Assembly (NCBI GenBank): GCA_963664225.1
Contig: OY760937.1
Coordinates: 2,816,001-2,880,000 of the forward strand
From: Verrucomicrobiia bacterium
GTDB taxonomy: Bacteria; Verrucomicrobiota; Verrucomicrobiia; Limisphaerales; UBA1319
Reading direction: 5' to 3'
DNA: 64,000 nt
Each line of letters starts with the position of its first letter. Position 1 is the stretch's first letter. A program made the position numbers and the translations under genes. The notes beneath the pieces are model-generated. The model was not told the origin of the DNA. It saw only the letters and a program-made list of their open reading frames with translations, and did no database searches. Of this stretch, positions 37,999 through 46,773 are shown in pieces.

Positions 37999-38458
37999 GT
38001 ACTTTTGCTTTCGGTTTGTTCTCCACCGTTCTCACCCGACTGATAGGGCATTTGAGAAACCCGATGCACTTCGATTTGCACTGGTGCTCACATTCACATT
38101 GCTTCAGCGTGTGCGGCTTCGCTATAGGGTATAACCCCACCCGAACAATTAGCGGCACTTGCGATCGAAAACGGATTCGTCGAAAGATGCGTTTTATTGC
38201 GTCGCTAGAGTCTGCTTTACTACCAAGTCATTAGGATGCACTACGCTACTTGAATAAAATATCGAGCAAAAAGGGCACGTTTTTCTGCCAACTGCAGACT
38301 ATCCTACCGACCTATCAGCAAGTGCCCGTCCTTTGATATTTTCAATCGTTGAAGTGACGTTGGTGTCCCCGGTCACATTTTCACCTACGGTATTTGATTG
38401 TTTGCACCAGGTCGCCAGGATTGCACTGGCCTGAGCCGCAAGAATCATTGATTTTCTT

Positions 38459-38617
38459 TTAACTTTTTGAGCCGCGAAATCCGCCCATAAAATAGATAAC
38501 GAGGCAGATTACCAAAATCAGACCAAGGCCGCCGCCGCCGATGACGGGACCGCCAAAATATAATCCGCCGCCGCCGAACAGGAGAAGCAGGACAACAATG
38601 AGTAATAACATATCCAT
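38459..38617 (-). CDS. Small Gly-rich membrane protein (DUF3309-like)
   Basis: MDMLLLIVVLLLLFGGGGLYFGGPVIGGGGLGLILVICLVIYFMG. Confidence 0.75.
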   Translation of the reverse strand: MDMLLLIVVLLLLFGGGGLYFGGPVIGGGGLGLILVICLVIYFMGGFRGSKS

Positions 38618-38876
38618 GGCCTTAGAATGACACACAGCTGCACGGTTCCTATGGGGTCTTCGCCCCATAAAGAAGGTGAACCTTTCGGGATCCTCTTGAA
38701 AAATCACGCGATAAAAAAGTCAGGAACGTTGCATTTTAGGCGATTGCAGGAACGCCACGAGGGCAGCCATTTCCGTCGGCGTGAGATTCCCGGCAAGCTT
38801 CCAATATGCATGCTCCGTTTTTGGCAGACGACGGAACCCATTGCATTACGGCGACAGCCATTTCGGCATGGCGGCA

Positions 38877-39125
38877 TTATAGTTGAAAACCAGTCGTGAA
38901 CGGCTGGCTTTGCCATTTTGAAGACGACGCAATCTCCCCACGGACAATGGCGGTCGCGCAAAGAACATTGTTCACAGTTCCCAACAATCTCCCGAAGGTA
39001 TAAGGCTTGCGCAGAATGGTGGCCATGATGACCGGCAGGGCCATGCGGCCGGCGTGAATCTTCTTGAGCAACTCAACGCCTGACAGCCCTTTGGGAATTT
39101 TTGGTTGGCGATCAGAATGTATGGT
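38877..39125 (-). pseudogene. Degraded response regulator receiver remnant
   Basis: LSGVELLKKIHAGRMALPVIMAT...KPYT..LLGTV. No intact N-terminus; internal deletion. Confidence 0.5.
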
Positions 39126-39254
39126 GCTTCGCCTGGAATACCCATCACCTATTTCCCGATGGATGAATTTTCACACCCCATAGGGCACATTTCCGCCTTG
39201 GTCCTACTTCCAGGAGCGTCCTTCGTTAGAATATAGAGCCTTTCAGTGTCATTC

Positions 39255-39278
39255 AACGGACACCAAAACGGACACCAA
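39255..39278 (+). repeat. Perfect 12-bp tandem repeat AACGGACACCAA x2 (integrase arm-type site candidate)
   Basis: Seen directly, about 95 bp left of the tRNA fragment. Confidence 0.7.
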
Positions 39279-39372
39279 ACGAGTTAAAAGGGGTAGGTTT
39301 GGGTAGTGAGCGATTAGGCTTGATTAGCCCGTAAAATATGGGATTTTGACGGTGTAATGTGGGTTGCTTGAC

Positions 39373-39394
39373 TCAATTCCGACCCTCGCCTCCA
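39373..39394 (+). mobile_element. att site: 3'-end fragment of a tRNA (Cys-like)
   Basis: TCAATTCCGACCCTCGCCTCCA reads as T-loop, 3' T-stem, acceptor strand ending GCC, U discriminator and CCA. No 5' tRNA half lies upstream. Confidence 0.72.
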
Positions 39395-39441
39395 ACTCTA
39401 ACTGCTTTTGCAGCAATGAGTTGGAACGAACGGAAAGCCGA

Positions 39442-39461
39442 TGGCTAACGGTTTGGCTAAC
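39442..39461 (+). repeat. TGGCTAAC direct repeat, 12-bp period (integrase arm-type site candidate)
   Basis: TGGCTAAC-GGTT-TGGCTAAC, with a further GGCTAAC near 39515. Confidence 0.6.
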
Positions 39462-39563
39462 AGTCTGAGGAAGGCCTCACATTGTTCCACTTTGTGGCAC
39501 TTTACGCCACAACGGGCTAACCGCAGGAATCAGAACGCAGATAGGCTCGACTCAGAAAGAGCC

Positions 39564-40290
39564 ATGAAAGAGCGTTATCGTTTGTTCCTCCGTCGCAAAA
39601 GCGTTTACTACGCTTTTGACAACACCACCAAGACCTTCGAGAGCCTCAAGACCAAGGACAAGGCCGAGGCCACGCGACTTTTGCTGGCGTTCAACGAGGC
39701 AGGCAAACAGCCCGCCATGAATCTCGGACTGGCCCGCGTTTACCTCAAGCACAGCGATCCCATGGTCAGCCAGCGCACCTGGCAGCACGTCATGGATGAG
39801 ATCATCAAACTGAAATCCGGGCCCACCCAATACCGCTGGCAGACCGCAGCCAAGGACAAGGCGTTCGACCTCATCCGCTCGCGGCTCCTCATCGAGACAC
39901 AGGCCGGGCACCTGCTCGAGGTGCTCCGGAAGGGCACCGTCTCGACCAACGTATTTCTGCGCAAGCTCCACAATTTTGCCCTCGACATGAACTGGCTCAT
40001 GGCCCCGGTGATCGTCAGGCCCCAATGGCCCCGGTTCCGTTACAAGGAGAAACGGGCCATCACCTGGGAGGAGCACCTGCGGATCGTCGAGCGGGAAACC
40101 AACCCGGAACGGCGGGCCCTTTACTGTGTCTGCTGGCATCTCGGCGGGGCCCAGACGGATATGGCGCTGTTGCGGGCTGACAACATCGACTGGAAGGACA
40201 AGGTCCTCAACTATGCGCGCTGCAAGACCAGTGAACTGGCCCAGATCCACATCGGACCGCAACTGGAGGCTGTGCTGCGGGAGCGGCCCG
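39564..40290 (+). pseudogene. Tyrosine recombinase/integrase, C-terminally truncated
   Basis: MKERYRLFLRR, ESLKTKD, STNVFLRKLHNFALD, KRAITWEEH, LRADNIDW. Sequence becomes unrelated after about 40290 and no HxxR/Y catalytic region follows. Confidence 0.75.
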
Positions 40291-40766
40291 GTAGGTGCTG
40301 CACTTTTCAACCGCCGTTTACAGCCACAGATGCCACAGGCTGTTCTTTTGGGAGGCGCTTGAGGGTGCCCAAGATCCCTAGGATGCTCAAAGCAACCACA
40401 AATCCGGGGAAGCGATACGCATGCCGGAGTTGTCGATGTAGTTCGAAATATTGGCATCGAAAATCGCAACTAGTTTGCAAACCACAAAAAGCCTTGATTT
40501 ACCCTGCAAACAGAGCCTCAAATGCTGCTCTTCCGTTCATGATCACCCACACGCGGACGCGAATACCTAAAACTTTGCACGAAGACTTGGACAGGCATCT
40601 GACCTCCATGCCGCGCGTCATCGCTTTGCCGGTATGCGCTCATCGGTCAAAAGCCTGCTGGGCGCCAAACGCTGGAACCCCGGCTGCCAGCGGCTCAATG
40701 ACCAGATCGTTGTCTATCTGCGCCGTTGTTGGGAGGAAGAGGGTCCGGACCACAAGACCACGTTGG

Positions 40767-41750
40767 TCATTCAGTAATATGCGCGCCGGTAATGCCACCG
40801 CCCAGATTTGACGGAAACGAAGCCGTTTCCAAGGGGTAGTTCAATTCCCGCCACGCGTCGATCCCGCCCAGAAGGGGCCGGACACGGGTGATGCCTTTGC
40901 GATGGAGCAACAGGGCCACTCGCGCGCTGCTCACTTCGTTCGGGCACGAACAGTAGACGATCACCTCCCGGTCTCGAGGAATTTCTTGGTGCCGTTGCTC
41001 CACTTCATCGACAGCCAAATGGACGGCACCCGGAATGAGTGAAGGATCGAGGTGCAATTCCACACCGGGGCGTAAATCCAAAATTACCAGATTCTCACCC
41101 GCTGCCTGCCTCTCACGAAGTTCGGAAACCGTAATCCGCGCCATACGTAACTCTCGCAAAATCCGTTGCCGCTGCCAGTATTTGAACCCAATATACAGGG
41201 TCACAAGTCCAACTGCCACGCCCAGCGCGCTGCCTCCCATGCTGGCCAGCGCGGTGGTGAGCTTTTGAATCTGGTTGCGGAACAAATAGCCAAGCAAAAT
41301 GAAGCAACCTACGTAAAGGGCCGAACCAAAACCGTCTGCAATAAGAAAACGGTCGAATCTGACGCCGGACATTCCGGCCAGCGGCGGAGCCACCGTGCTC
41401 AAACCAGGCACGAATTTTGCGACTATAATCGCTTTGAGGCCGTGGCGCGTATAGAGATTTTGAGTCCGACGAACACACGAGTCCGGTTCCAAAGAAATGC
41501 GGCAAAGCAAGCCCAGGATGCGATGGCCGCGGTGTCGTCCGAGGTAAAACCAAACCGCATCGGCAATCAGGCAGGCCAGCACGGCAATCCCAAGTGCGAG
41601 GACGGCATTGAACTTCCCGATCGCGGCAAGCGCGCCCGCAGCCACCAACAAGGGCACCGCAGGCAGAGGCAAACCCATCTGCTCCAGAAATACCGCAGCG
41701 AACACCAGCGGGAGGCCGTGGCGAATGAGAAATTGGGTTGTTTCATCCAT
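40767..41750 (-). CDS. DedA/VTT domain plus rhodanese domain protein
   Basis: FLEQMGLPLPA, IADAVWFYLGR, AKFVPG, VILDLR, VIVYCSCPNE, LLGGIDAW. Confidence 0.92.
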   Translation of the reverse strand: MDETTQFLIRHGLPLVFAAVFLEQMGLPLPAVPLLVAAGALAAIGKFNAVLALGIAVLACLIADAVWFYLGRHRGHRILGLLCRISLEPDSCVRRTQNLYTRHGLKAIIVAKFVPGLSTVAPPLAGMSGVRFDRFLIADGFGSALYVGCFILLGYLFRNQIQKLTTALASMGGSALGVAVGLVTLYIGFKYWQRQRILRELRMARITVSELRERQAAGENLVILDLRPGVELHLDPSLIPGAVHLAVDEVEQRHQEIPRDREVIVYCSCPNEVSSARVALLLHRKGITRVRPLLGGIDAWRELNYPLETASFPSNLGGGITGAHITE

Positions 41751-41847
41751 AAATCCCGCTCAATTGAAAGTGCAGGTGGCGAAATAACCAGGCAGGTCAT
41801 CCGTGCCAAATACCAAAGTCCTCATGGTTTGTAATTGTCGATTGGAG

Positions 41848-43284
41848 TTATCCGGTTGAGATCTGAATTTTCGGTGCCGTCAGATGGACAGGGGCTTGTT
41901 TGCTGCTGACGGGCAGCCGGACTTTGAATCGGGTTTCGCCCGAACGAGATTCAAACTCGATTTCCCCGCCATGGCGGTCGGCCACGATGCGATTGCTGAT
42001 GATAAGGCCAAGGCCGGTGCCGGTGCCAACGGGCTTGGTGGTGAAAAATGGCTCGAACAGATGCGGCTGGACCTCCGGCGGTATTCCGGAACCATTATCC
42101 ACGATCTCGACGACGAGTTGATTGTCTTCCAGGCAGGTTCCAACACAAATCCTGCCGGTGCCATTCACGGCGTGAATGGCGTTGTCTATAAGGTTCGTCC
42201 ACACCTGGTTGAGCTCGCTGCCGTAAGCCATGATGCGTGGCACGGAGTGATCATACGCCTTGACGAGCGTCACGTTTTTCAATTTGTGGCCAAGCATCGT
42301 CAGTGTGCTTTCGATACCTTCATGCACATCCACCTCCTGCATCGGAGACTGATCCATGTAGGTGTAGGATTTGACGGCCTTGACCAGTTCGGTAATGCGT
42401 CCAGTGCTCTGCTCCACTTGACTGAGCAACAATTTCAGATTCAGACGCGCCTCGAGCCAGCCCAGCGCAGCCACATGGCTTTCTTCCGGAAGAGGACGCA
42501 CCAATTCGTCCAGCCATGCATTGTCCACGCCGACACTGACGAAGGTGGGAGCGAGTTCCCAGGAAGCGGCCACACCGTGGGCTTCCAGCCAGTTTGCGAT
42601 GATCTCCGCGCGATCGCTGCGTTCAAGATGATCGATCAATGGCGCCTTGGCGAGCCGTTCCAAAGCGTCTTGCGAGGCGGCCAGGAGGTGCTGCCAATGG
42701 TCATGCTCAAGAATTTTTGACAATTGGCAGAGGAAAACCTGGATGCAGTCAGTGGTTTGCTGCAGATGTGAGGCGGCCCGCCAGGCTGCCGCGGCCGGGT
42801 TATTGAGTTCGTGCGCCAGACCCGCCGCCAGGGTGCCCAGGGATGCGAGCTTTTCCCGCTGCAGCGAGTAGCCTTCCATGTTGCGCACCTTGGTTGCCGC
42901 GCTATGTAAAAGCGATCGGGCCACCAAACGGCAGTTGCTCAACATTTGCCAGAACTCCTCCTGACCGAGTCGGTATAATTTGGTCGGCTTTCCAATGCGC
43001 GCCGTCGCCATCCAGGGAACATCCAACAGCAGCGTCGTTTCGCCCGTGAAATTACCAGCTTTGACAACGCCCATCAGCACTGATTGGCGATCATAGGTTC
43101 GCGTGAGGCGCACTTCACCCTCAAGCACCAGGAAGAAGTACTCAGATCGTTCCCCTTCGGAAACCAGAACGGAACCGGCTGGCACTTCAATGATATCCCC
43201 TGGAGGGATGCATCCCCATTGGGCATCGGTCAACTCGGAAAAAAGGGGGCTGGAACGCAGTTGCTGGAGTGTGGCAGGATCCAT
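41848..43284 (-). CDS. Cyclic-nucleotide-binding domain sensor histidine kinase
   Basis: LVLEGEV..GE, AGLAHELNNP, ELNQVWTNLIDNA, DNGSGI, FEPFFTTK, GTGLGL. Confidence 0.92.
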   Translation of the reverse strand: MDPATLQQLRSSPLFSELTDAQWGCIPPGDIIEVPAGSVLVSEGERSEYFFLVLEGEVRLTRTYDRQSVLMGVVKAGNFTGETTLLLDVPWMATARIGKPTKLYRLGQEEFWQMLSNCRLVARSLLHSAATKVRNMEGYSLQREKLASLGTLAAGLAHELNNPAAAAWRAASHLQQTTDCIQVFLCQLSKILEHDHWQHLLAASQDALERLAKAPLIDHLERSDRAEIIANWLEAHGVAASWELAPTFVSVGVDNAWLDELVRPLPEESHVAALGWLEARLNLKLLLSQVEQSTGRITELVKAVKSYTYMDQSPMQEVDVHEGIESTLTMLGHKLKNVTLVKAYDHSVPRIMAYGSELNQVWTNLIDNAIHAVNGTGRICVGTCLEDNQLVVEIVDNGSGIPPEVQPHLFEPFFTTKPVGTGTGLGLIISNRIVADRHGGEIEFESRSGETRFKVRLPVSSKQAPVHLTAPKIQISTG

Positions 43285-43286
43285 AA

Positions 43287-44951
43287 CTAGGACAGAAGGC
43301 CAAGGTATTCGTGCACGAGTTTCACAGCCATGGCTCCCTCGCCCACCCCGGAAGTGACGCCTTTGGCGGAGCGATGCCGTACATCGCCCGCAACGAAAAT
43401 GCCCGGTACGCTGGTCTCCAGATAGAAAGGATCGCGATCCGCGGTCCATCCAGTTGGCCGCCGCCCATCACGCATCAAATGCTGCCCGGAAATCAGGTAG
43501 CCTTGCGCATCGCGCTCGACAATTCCAGCGAGCCAATCAGTGCGGGGAATGGCGCCGGCATAAATTAGAAGTGCACTGGCGTGCACGGTTTCCTGGAAAT
43601 GGGTTTTGCTGTTTTCAATGGTGATCGTTTCGCATCGGTCAGAGCCACCCACGGCGATGACGCTGGAGTTGAATTTCAACGCGACATTCTTCGTGGCGGC
43701 GATCTGGTTTTCCAGATACTGCGACATGGTGTCCGATAAGGCATTGCCGCGAACCACCATTGTAACCTGGCGGGCGAACTTGGAGAAATACATGGCGGCC
43801 TGGCCCGCAGAGTTTGCGCCACCAACAATGTAAATATCGCCATCCCGATACGAAAAGGCTTCTGACATGGGGGCATAGTAGTAAACGCCTGCGCCATTCA
43901 ATTTCTCCAGTCCTGGCACGTCCAGCTTCCGAAATGCAATGCCCGTGGCAATGAGCAACGCGCGGCATCCGATCTCAACCCCGTCTGCGAGTGTGAGCAT
44001 GCGGGCCGGACCCTCAATCCGGACGCTTTTGACCTCTTGAGGTGTGAGGATTTCCACGCCGAAACGCCGCGCCTGCGCGACCGCCCGCCGCGCCAGATCC
44101 GAGCCGCTGAGCCCCACCGGAAATCCGAGATAGTTTTCAATGCGGGAACTCCGCCCGGCCTGCCCTCCGGGCGCCTCACGTTCGACCAGCAGAGTGCGCA
44201 AACCGTCAGCCGCTCCATAAACCGCCGCCGCCAGGCCGGCCGGGCCCCCTCCGGCAACGACCAAATCATAAAATGGAAATTCGGCTTTGGTTCTCAGCCC
44301 CAGTTTGCGGGCGATTTCAGCGATCGGCGGGTTGCCCAGGAAAGAGCCGTCAGCAAAAATAACCATGGGCATGGAATAAACCGTGGCACCCGTTGTGGTA
44401 AGAAGCTGCTTCGCTGCCTCGTCCGTTTCGATGTTGAGCCACTGATGGGGCACAAAGTTGCGTCCAAGAAAATCGCGGATTTCGCTTGATTGAGGTGACC
44501 AGCGATGCCCAATGACCCGCACACCTTCAAACACCGGATGGTAGGATGCCTGCCAATCATCCAGCATATCATCGACCACGCCATAAAGGAGTTCTTCTGG
44601 TGGGTCCCAGGGCTTCATCAGGTAATGATCGACATGCACACTGTTGATGGCACGGAGGGCGGCGTCAGTATCCGCGTAGGCCGTCAGCAGCGCGCGTTTG
44701 GCCGCCGGATAAAATTCGATCGCCTTTTCCAGGAACTCCACGCCGGACATGCGCGGCATTCTCTGGTCCACGAGAAAAAGGGCCACCGCCTCGTTGCGAA
44801 GCTTCAATTGCTTCACGCTTTCGAGTGCGGACGCCCCGGAATCAGCAGAGATGACCTTGTAACGATCGCCATATTGCCGACGCAAATCACGTTCCACAGC
44901 GCGCAATACCTCAGGATCGTCGTCCACTGTCCAAATCACGGGTTTAGACAT
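43287..44951 (-). CDS. Response regulator receiver fused to thioredoxin-reductase-like FAD oxidoreductase
   Basis: VDDD, DQRMP, GGGPAG, IENYLGFP, GGANSAG, TSVPGIFVAGD. Confidence 0.92.
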   Translation of the reverse strand: MSKPVIWTVDDDPEVLRAVERDLRRQYGDRYKVISADSGASALESVKQLKLRNEAVALFLVDQRMPRMSGVEFLEKAIEFYPAAKRALLTAYADTDAALRAINSVHVDHYLMKPWDPPEELLYGVVDDMLDDWQASYHPVFEGVRVIGHRWSPQSSEIRDFLGRNFVPHQWLNIETDEAAKQLLTTTGATVYSMPMVIFADGSFLGNPPIAEIARKLGLRTKAEFPFYDLVVAGGGPAGLAAAVYGAADGLRTLLVEREAPGGQAGRSSRIENYLGFPVGLSGSDLARRAVAQARRFGVEILTPQEVKSVRIEGPARMLTLADGVEIGCRALLIATGIAFRKLDVPGLEKLNGAGVYYYAPMSEAFSYRDGDIYIVGGANSAGQAAMYFSKFARQVTMVVRGNALSDTMSQYLENQIAATKNVALKFNSSVIAVGGSDRCETITIENSKTHFQETVHASALLIYAGAIPRTDWLAGIVERDAQGYLISGQHLMRDGRRPTGWTADRDPFYLETSVPGIFVAGDVRHRSAKGVTSGVGEGAMAVKLVHEYLGLLS

Positions 44952-45220
44952 AACGTTGCACCCTACTCCATTTCCCTACTTCGTCCAAATTTGGGGTCGC
45001 AAGAGTGAGGGTGCGGGACAAATTTCTTCGGCAATGGGGAAAAGCCAACGGAGCTCCAAGGAGAACCTGCGGCGAGATATCGCCGGAAACCGCAAGGCAC
45101 GACCGCCAGCGTTACGGGAAGAAAGCGTAAGACGTAATTGTGCGGAAATCGCAGTTCCATGCTGTTGAGACTCCCTGGCCTTCCCCATTTATGAATCGCA
45201 TGTTCACGGCCATGTGGTCC

Positions 45221-46771
45221 TCATGAGTCTGAGCCAGTCTTCCACCCACCTCCAAGGGCTTTAATAAGTTGCACGGCGGCATTCAGACGCTGGCCTGCGA
45301 GTTGGACATTGGTTCGCTCCGCTTGGAGGGCTTCCCGGCTGGCATCGACGACTTCGAGATAACTGACAATGCCCGAGCGATAACGGTCTGTGGCCAGGTT
45401 GGCGGCGCGCCGGGCGTTGAACAGGGCGCGCTGTTGCGCAGCCGACTGCCCGGCCAAGTAGCGGATGCCTGCCAGGCTGTCCTCCACGTCGCCGAAAGCA
45501 ACCAGCACCTGCTGGCGATAGCGGGCGACACTCTCTTCGAAAGCGGCCTGGGAGCGTTTGTAGTTGGCGCGGTTTCGTCCACCCGCAAAGATCGGGAGCG
45601 AGAGGCTTGGACCAATGCTCCAAACGCGGCTATCCCACTTGAATAGGGTCTGGATATCGCCGCTCAGGTAACCACCGGAGGCCGTGAGGCTCAACGCCGG
45701 GAAAAAAGCGCCTTTGGCGACTCCAATGCGCGCATTGGCGGATGCAAGCTGCCGTTCGGCCTCCGCCACATCCGGTCTGCGCTCCAGCAAATCCGCAGGA
45801 AGGCCTGCGGGTATGGAGGGCGGCTCCGGATTCCAATTGGTCTCTGTGGTCGCTGGCAGGCGGAAAGTCGAAGGGTTGCTGCCCAGCAGGATGGCCAGGG
45901 CGTTTTCCAATTGGCTCCGACGCCGGGCCAGCGCTGCGGCATCGGCTTCTGTGGCGGCCAATTCGGTCTCAGCACGGGCGACATCGAGATCATTGCCGAC
46001 GCCTCCTTCAAAACGGCTGCGTACTAATGCAACCTGCTCTTTGCGCAAACTCACTGTGGCGGTAACAGTGGCCACCTCCGCATCGAAGGATCGAAGCGCA
46101 AAGTAGTTTTGGGCGACGTCGGATTGGAGCGTGAGAAGGACATTGTAGTAGTCAGCCAGCGAGGCTTGAGCATCCGCGCGGGCACTCTCAAAGCCGCGAC
46201 GCACCCGTCCCCAGAGATCGAGTTCATAGCTCAAGTCCAGCGGAGCGGTAAACGTGTTGGCGGTGATGGCTCCAAAACCGGGATTTTGGTTCGGCGAATA
46301 GCGCTGGCGTTCAGCACTGGGAGCCAGGCTGAGGCTGGGAAGTAAATCGGCGCGCGCCACCCGCGCGATGGCGCGGGCCTGACTGACCCGCGCAAAGGCC
46401 GCTTTGAGGTTCGGACTGGACTGAATGGCCCGGGCCTCCAGTTCATTGAGACCGGGATCCTGGAATACTTCCCACCATTTGTCCTTGGGAACATTGTCGA
46501 GCGGACGGCCCGGTTTCCACGAGCCAAGCTCGGCTGCCTTATAATCGGCAGGAACTGCGTTTGTCGGACGTTGAAAGTCAGGCCCCACCGTCAGCAGCCC
46601 GCCTGAAACGGACAACGCACTGACCATGGTGAATGATACCAGGACCACCAAAACCAATGGGGATGAATACGCCCTGATCGTGTGCGCCCCGGACTTTGGG
46701 CATAAGCAGGCTTGCAACCTTTCAATAATGCCCCGTGGGTTGATGCATCTTTTGGACACTTGCGTTTTCAT
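45221..46771 (-). CDS. NodT/OprN-type outer membrane efflux protein (true start may be further downstream)
   Basis: TVGPDFQRP, WWEVFQDP, SYELDLWGR, LLERRPDV, ALGGGW. Confidence 0.9.
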   Translation of the reverse strand: MKTQVSKRCINPRGIIERLQACLCPKSGAHTIRAYSSPLVLVVLVSFTMVSALSVSGGLLTVGPDFQRPTNAVPADYKAAELGSWKPGRPLDNVPKDKWWEVFQDPGLNELEARAIQSSPNLKAAFARVSQARAIARVARADLLPSLSLAPSAERQRYSPNQNPGFGAITANTFTAPLDLSYELDLWGRVRRGFESARADAQASLADYYNVLLTLQSDVAQNYFALRSFDAEVATVTATVSLRKEQVALVRSRFEGGVGNDLDVARAETELAATEADAAALARRRSQLENALAILLGSNPSTFRLPATTETNWNPEPPSIPAGLPADLLERRPDVAEAERQLASANARIGVAKGAFFPALSLTASGGYLSGDIQTLFKWDSRVWSIGPSLSLPIFAGGRNRANYKRSQAAFEESVARYRQQVLVAFGDVEDSLAGIRYLAGQSAAQQRALFNARRAANLATDRYRSGIVSYLEVVDASREALQAERTNVQLAGQRLNAAVQLIKALGGGWKTGSDS

Positions 46772-46773
46772 GG

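Noticed and set aside
36300..38300. A third PRAPS-type leader ahead of the cus operon
   Set aside because: No RAPS/RAPP-ending ORF appears in the ORF track there, and I saw no GTCCC-N4-GGGAC hairpin by eye.
38318..38332. GG-N10-GC sigma54-like element on the minus strand upstream of the copper cluster
   Set aside because: It lacks the TGGCA core, and such a short match is expected by chance.
40540..40777. Possible small frameshifted ORF (...RLNDQIVVYLRRCWEEEGP...)
   Set aside because: No clear start, no recognisable family and no supporting context.
39441..40811. 456-aa ORF as an intact integrase
   Set aside because: Integrase-like sequence runs only from ATG 39564 to about 40290. The rest is read-through with no catalytic HxxR/Y motifs.
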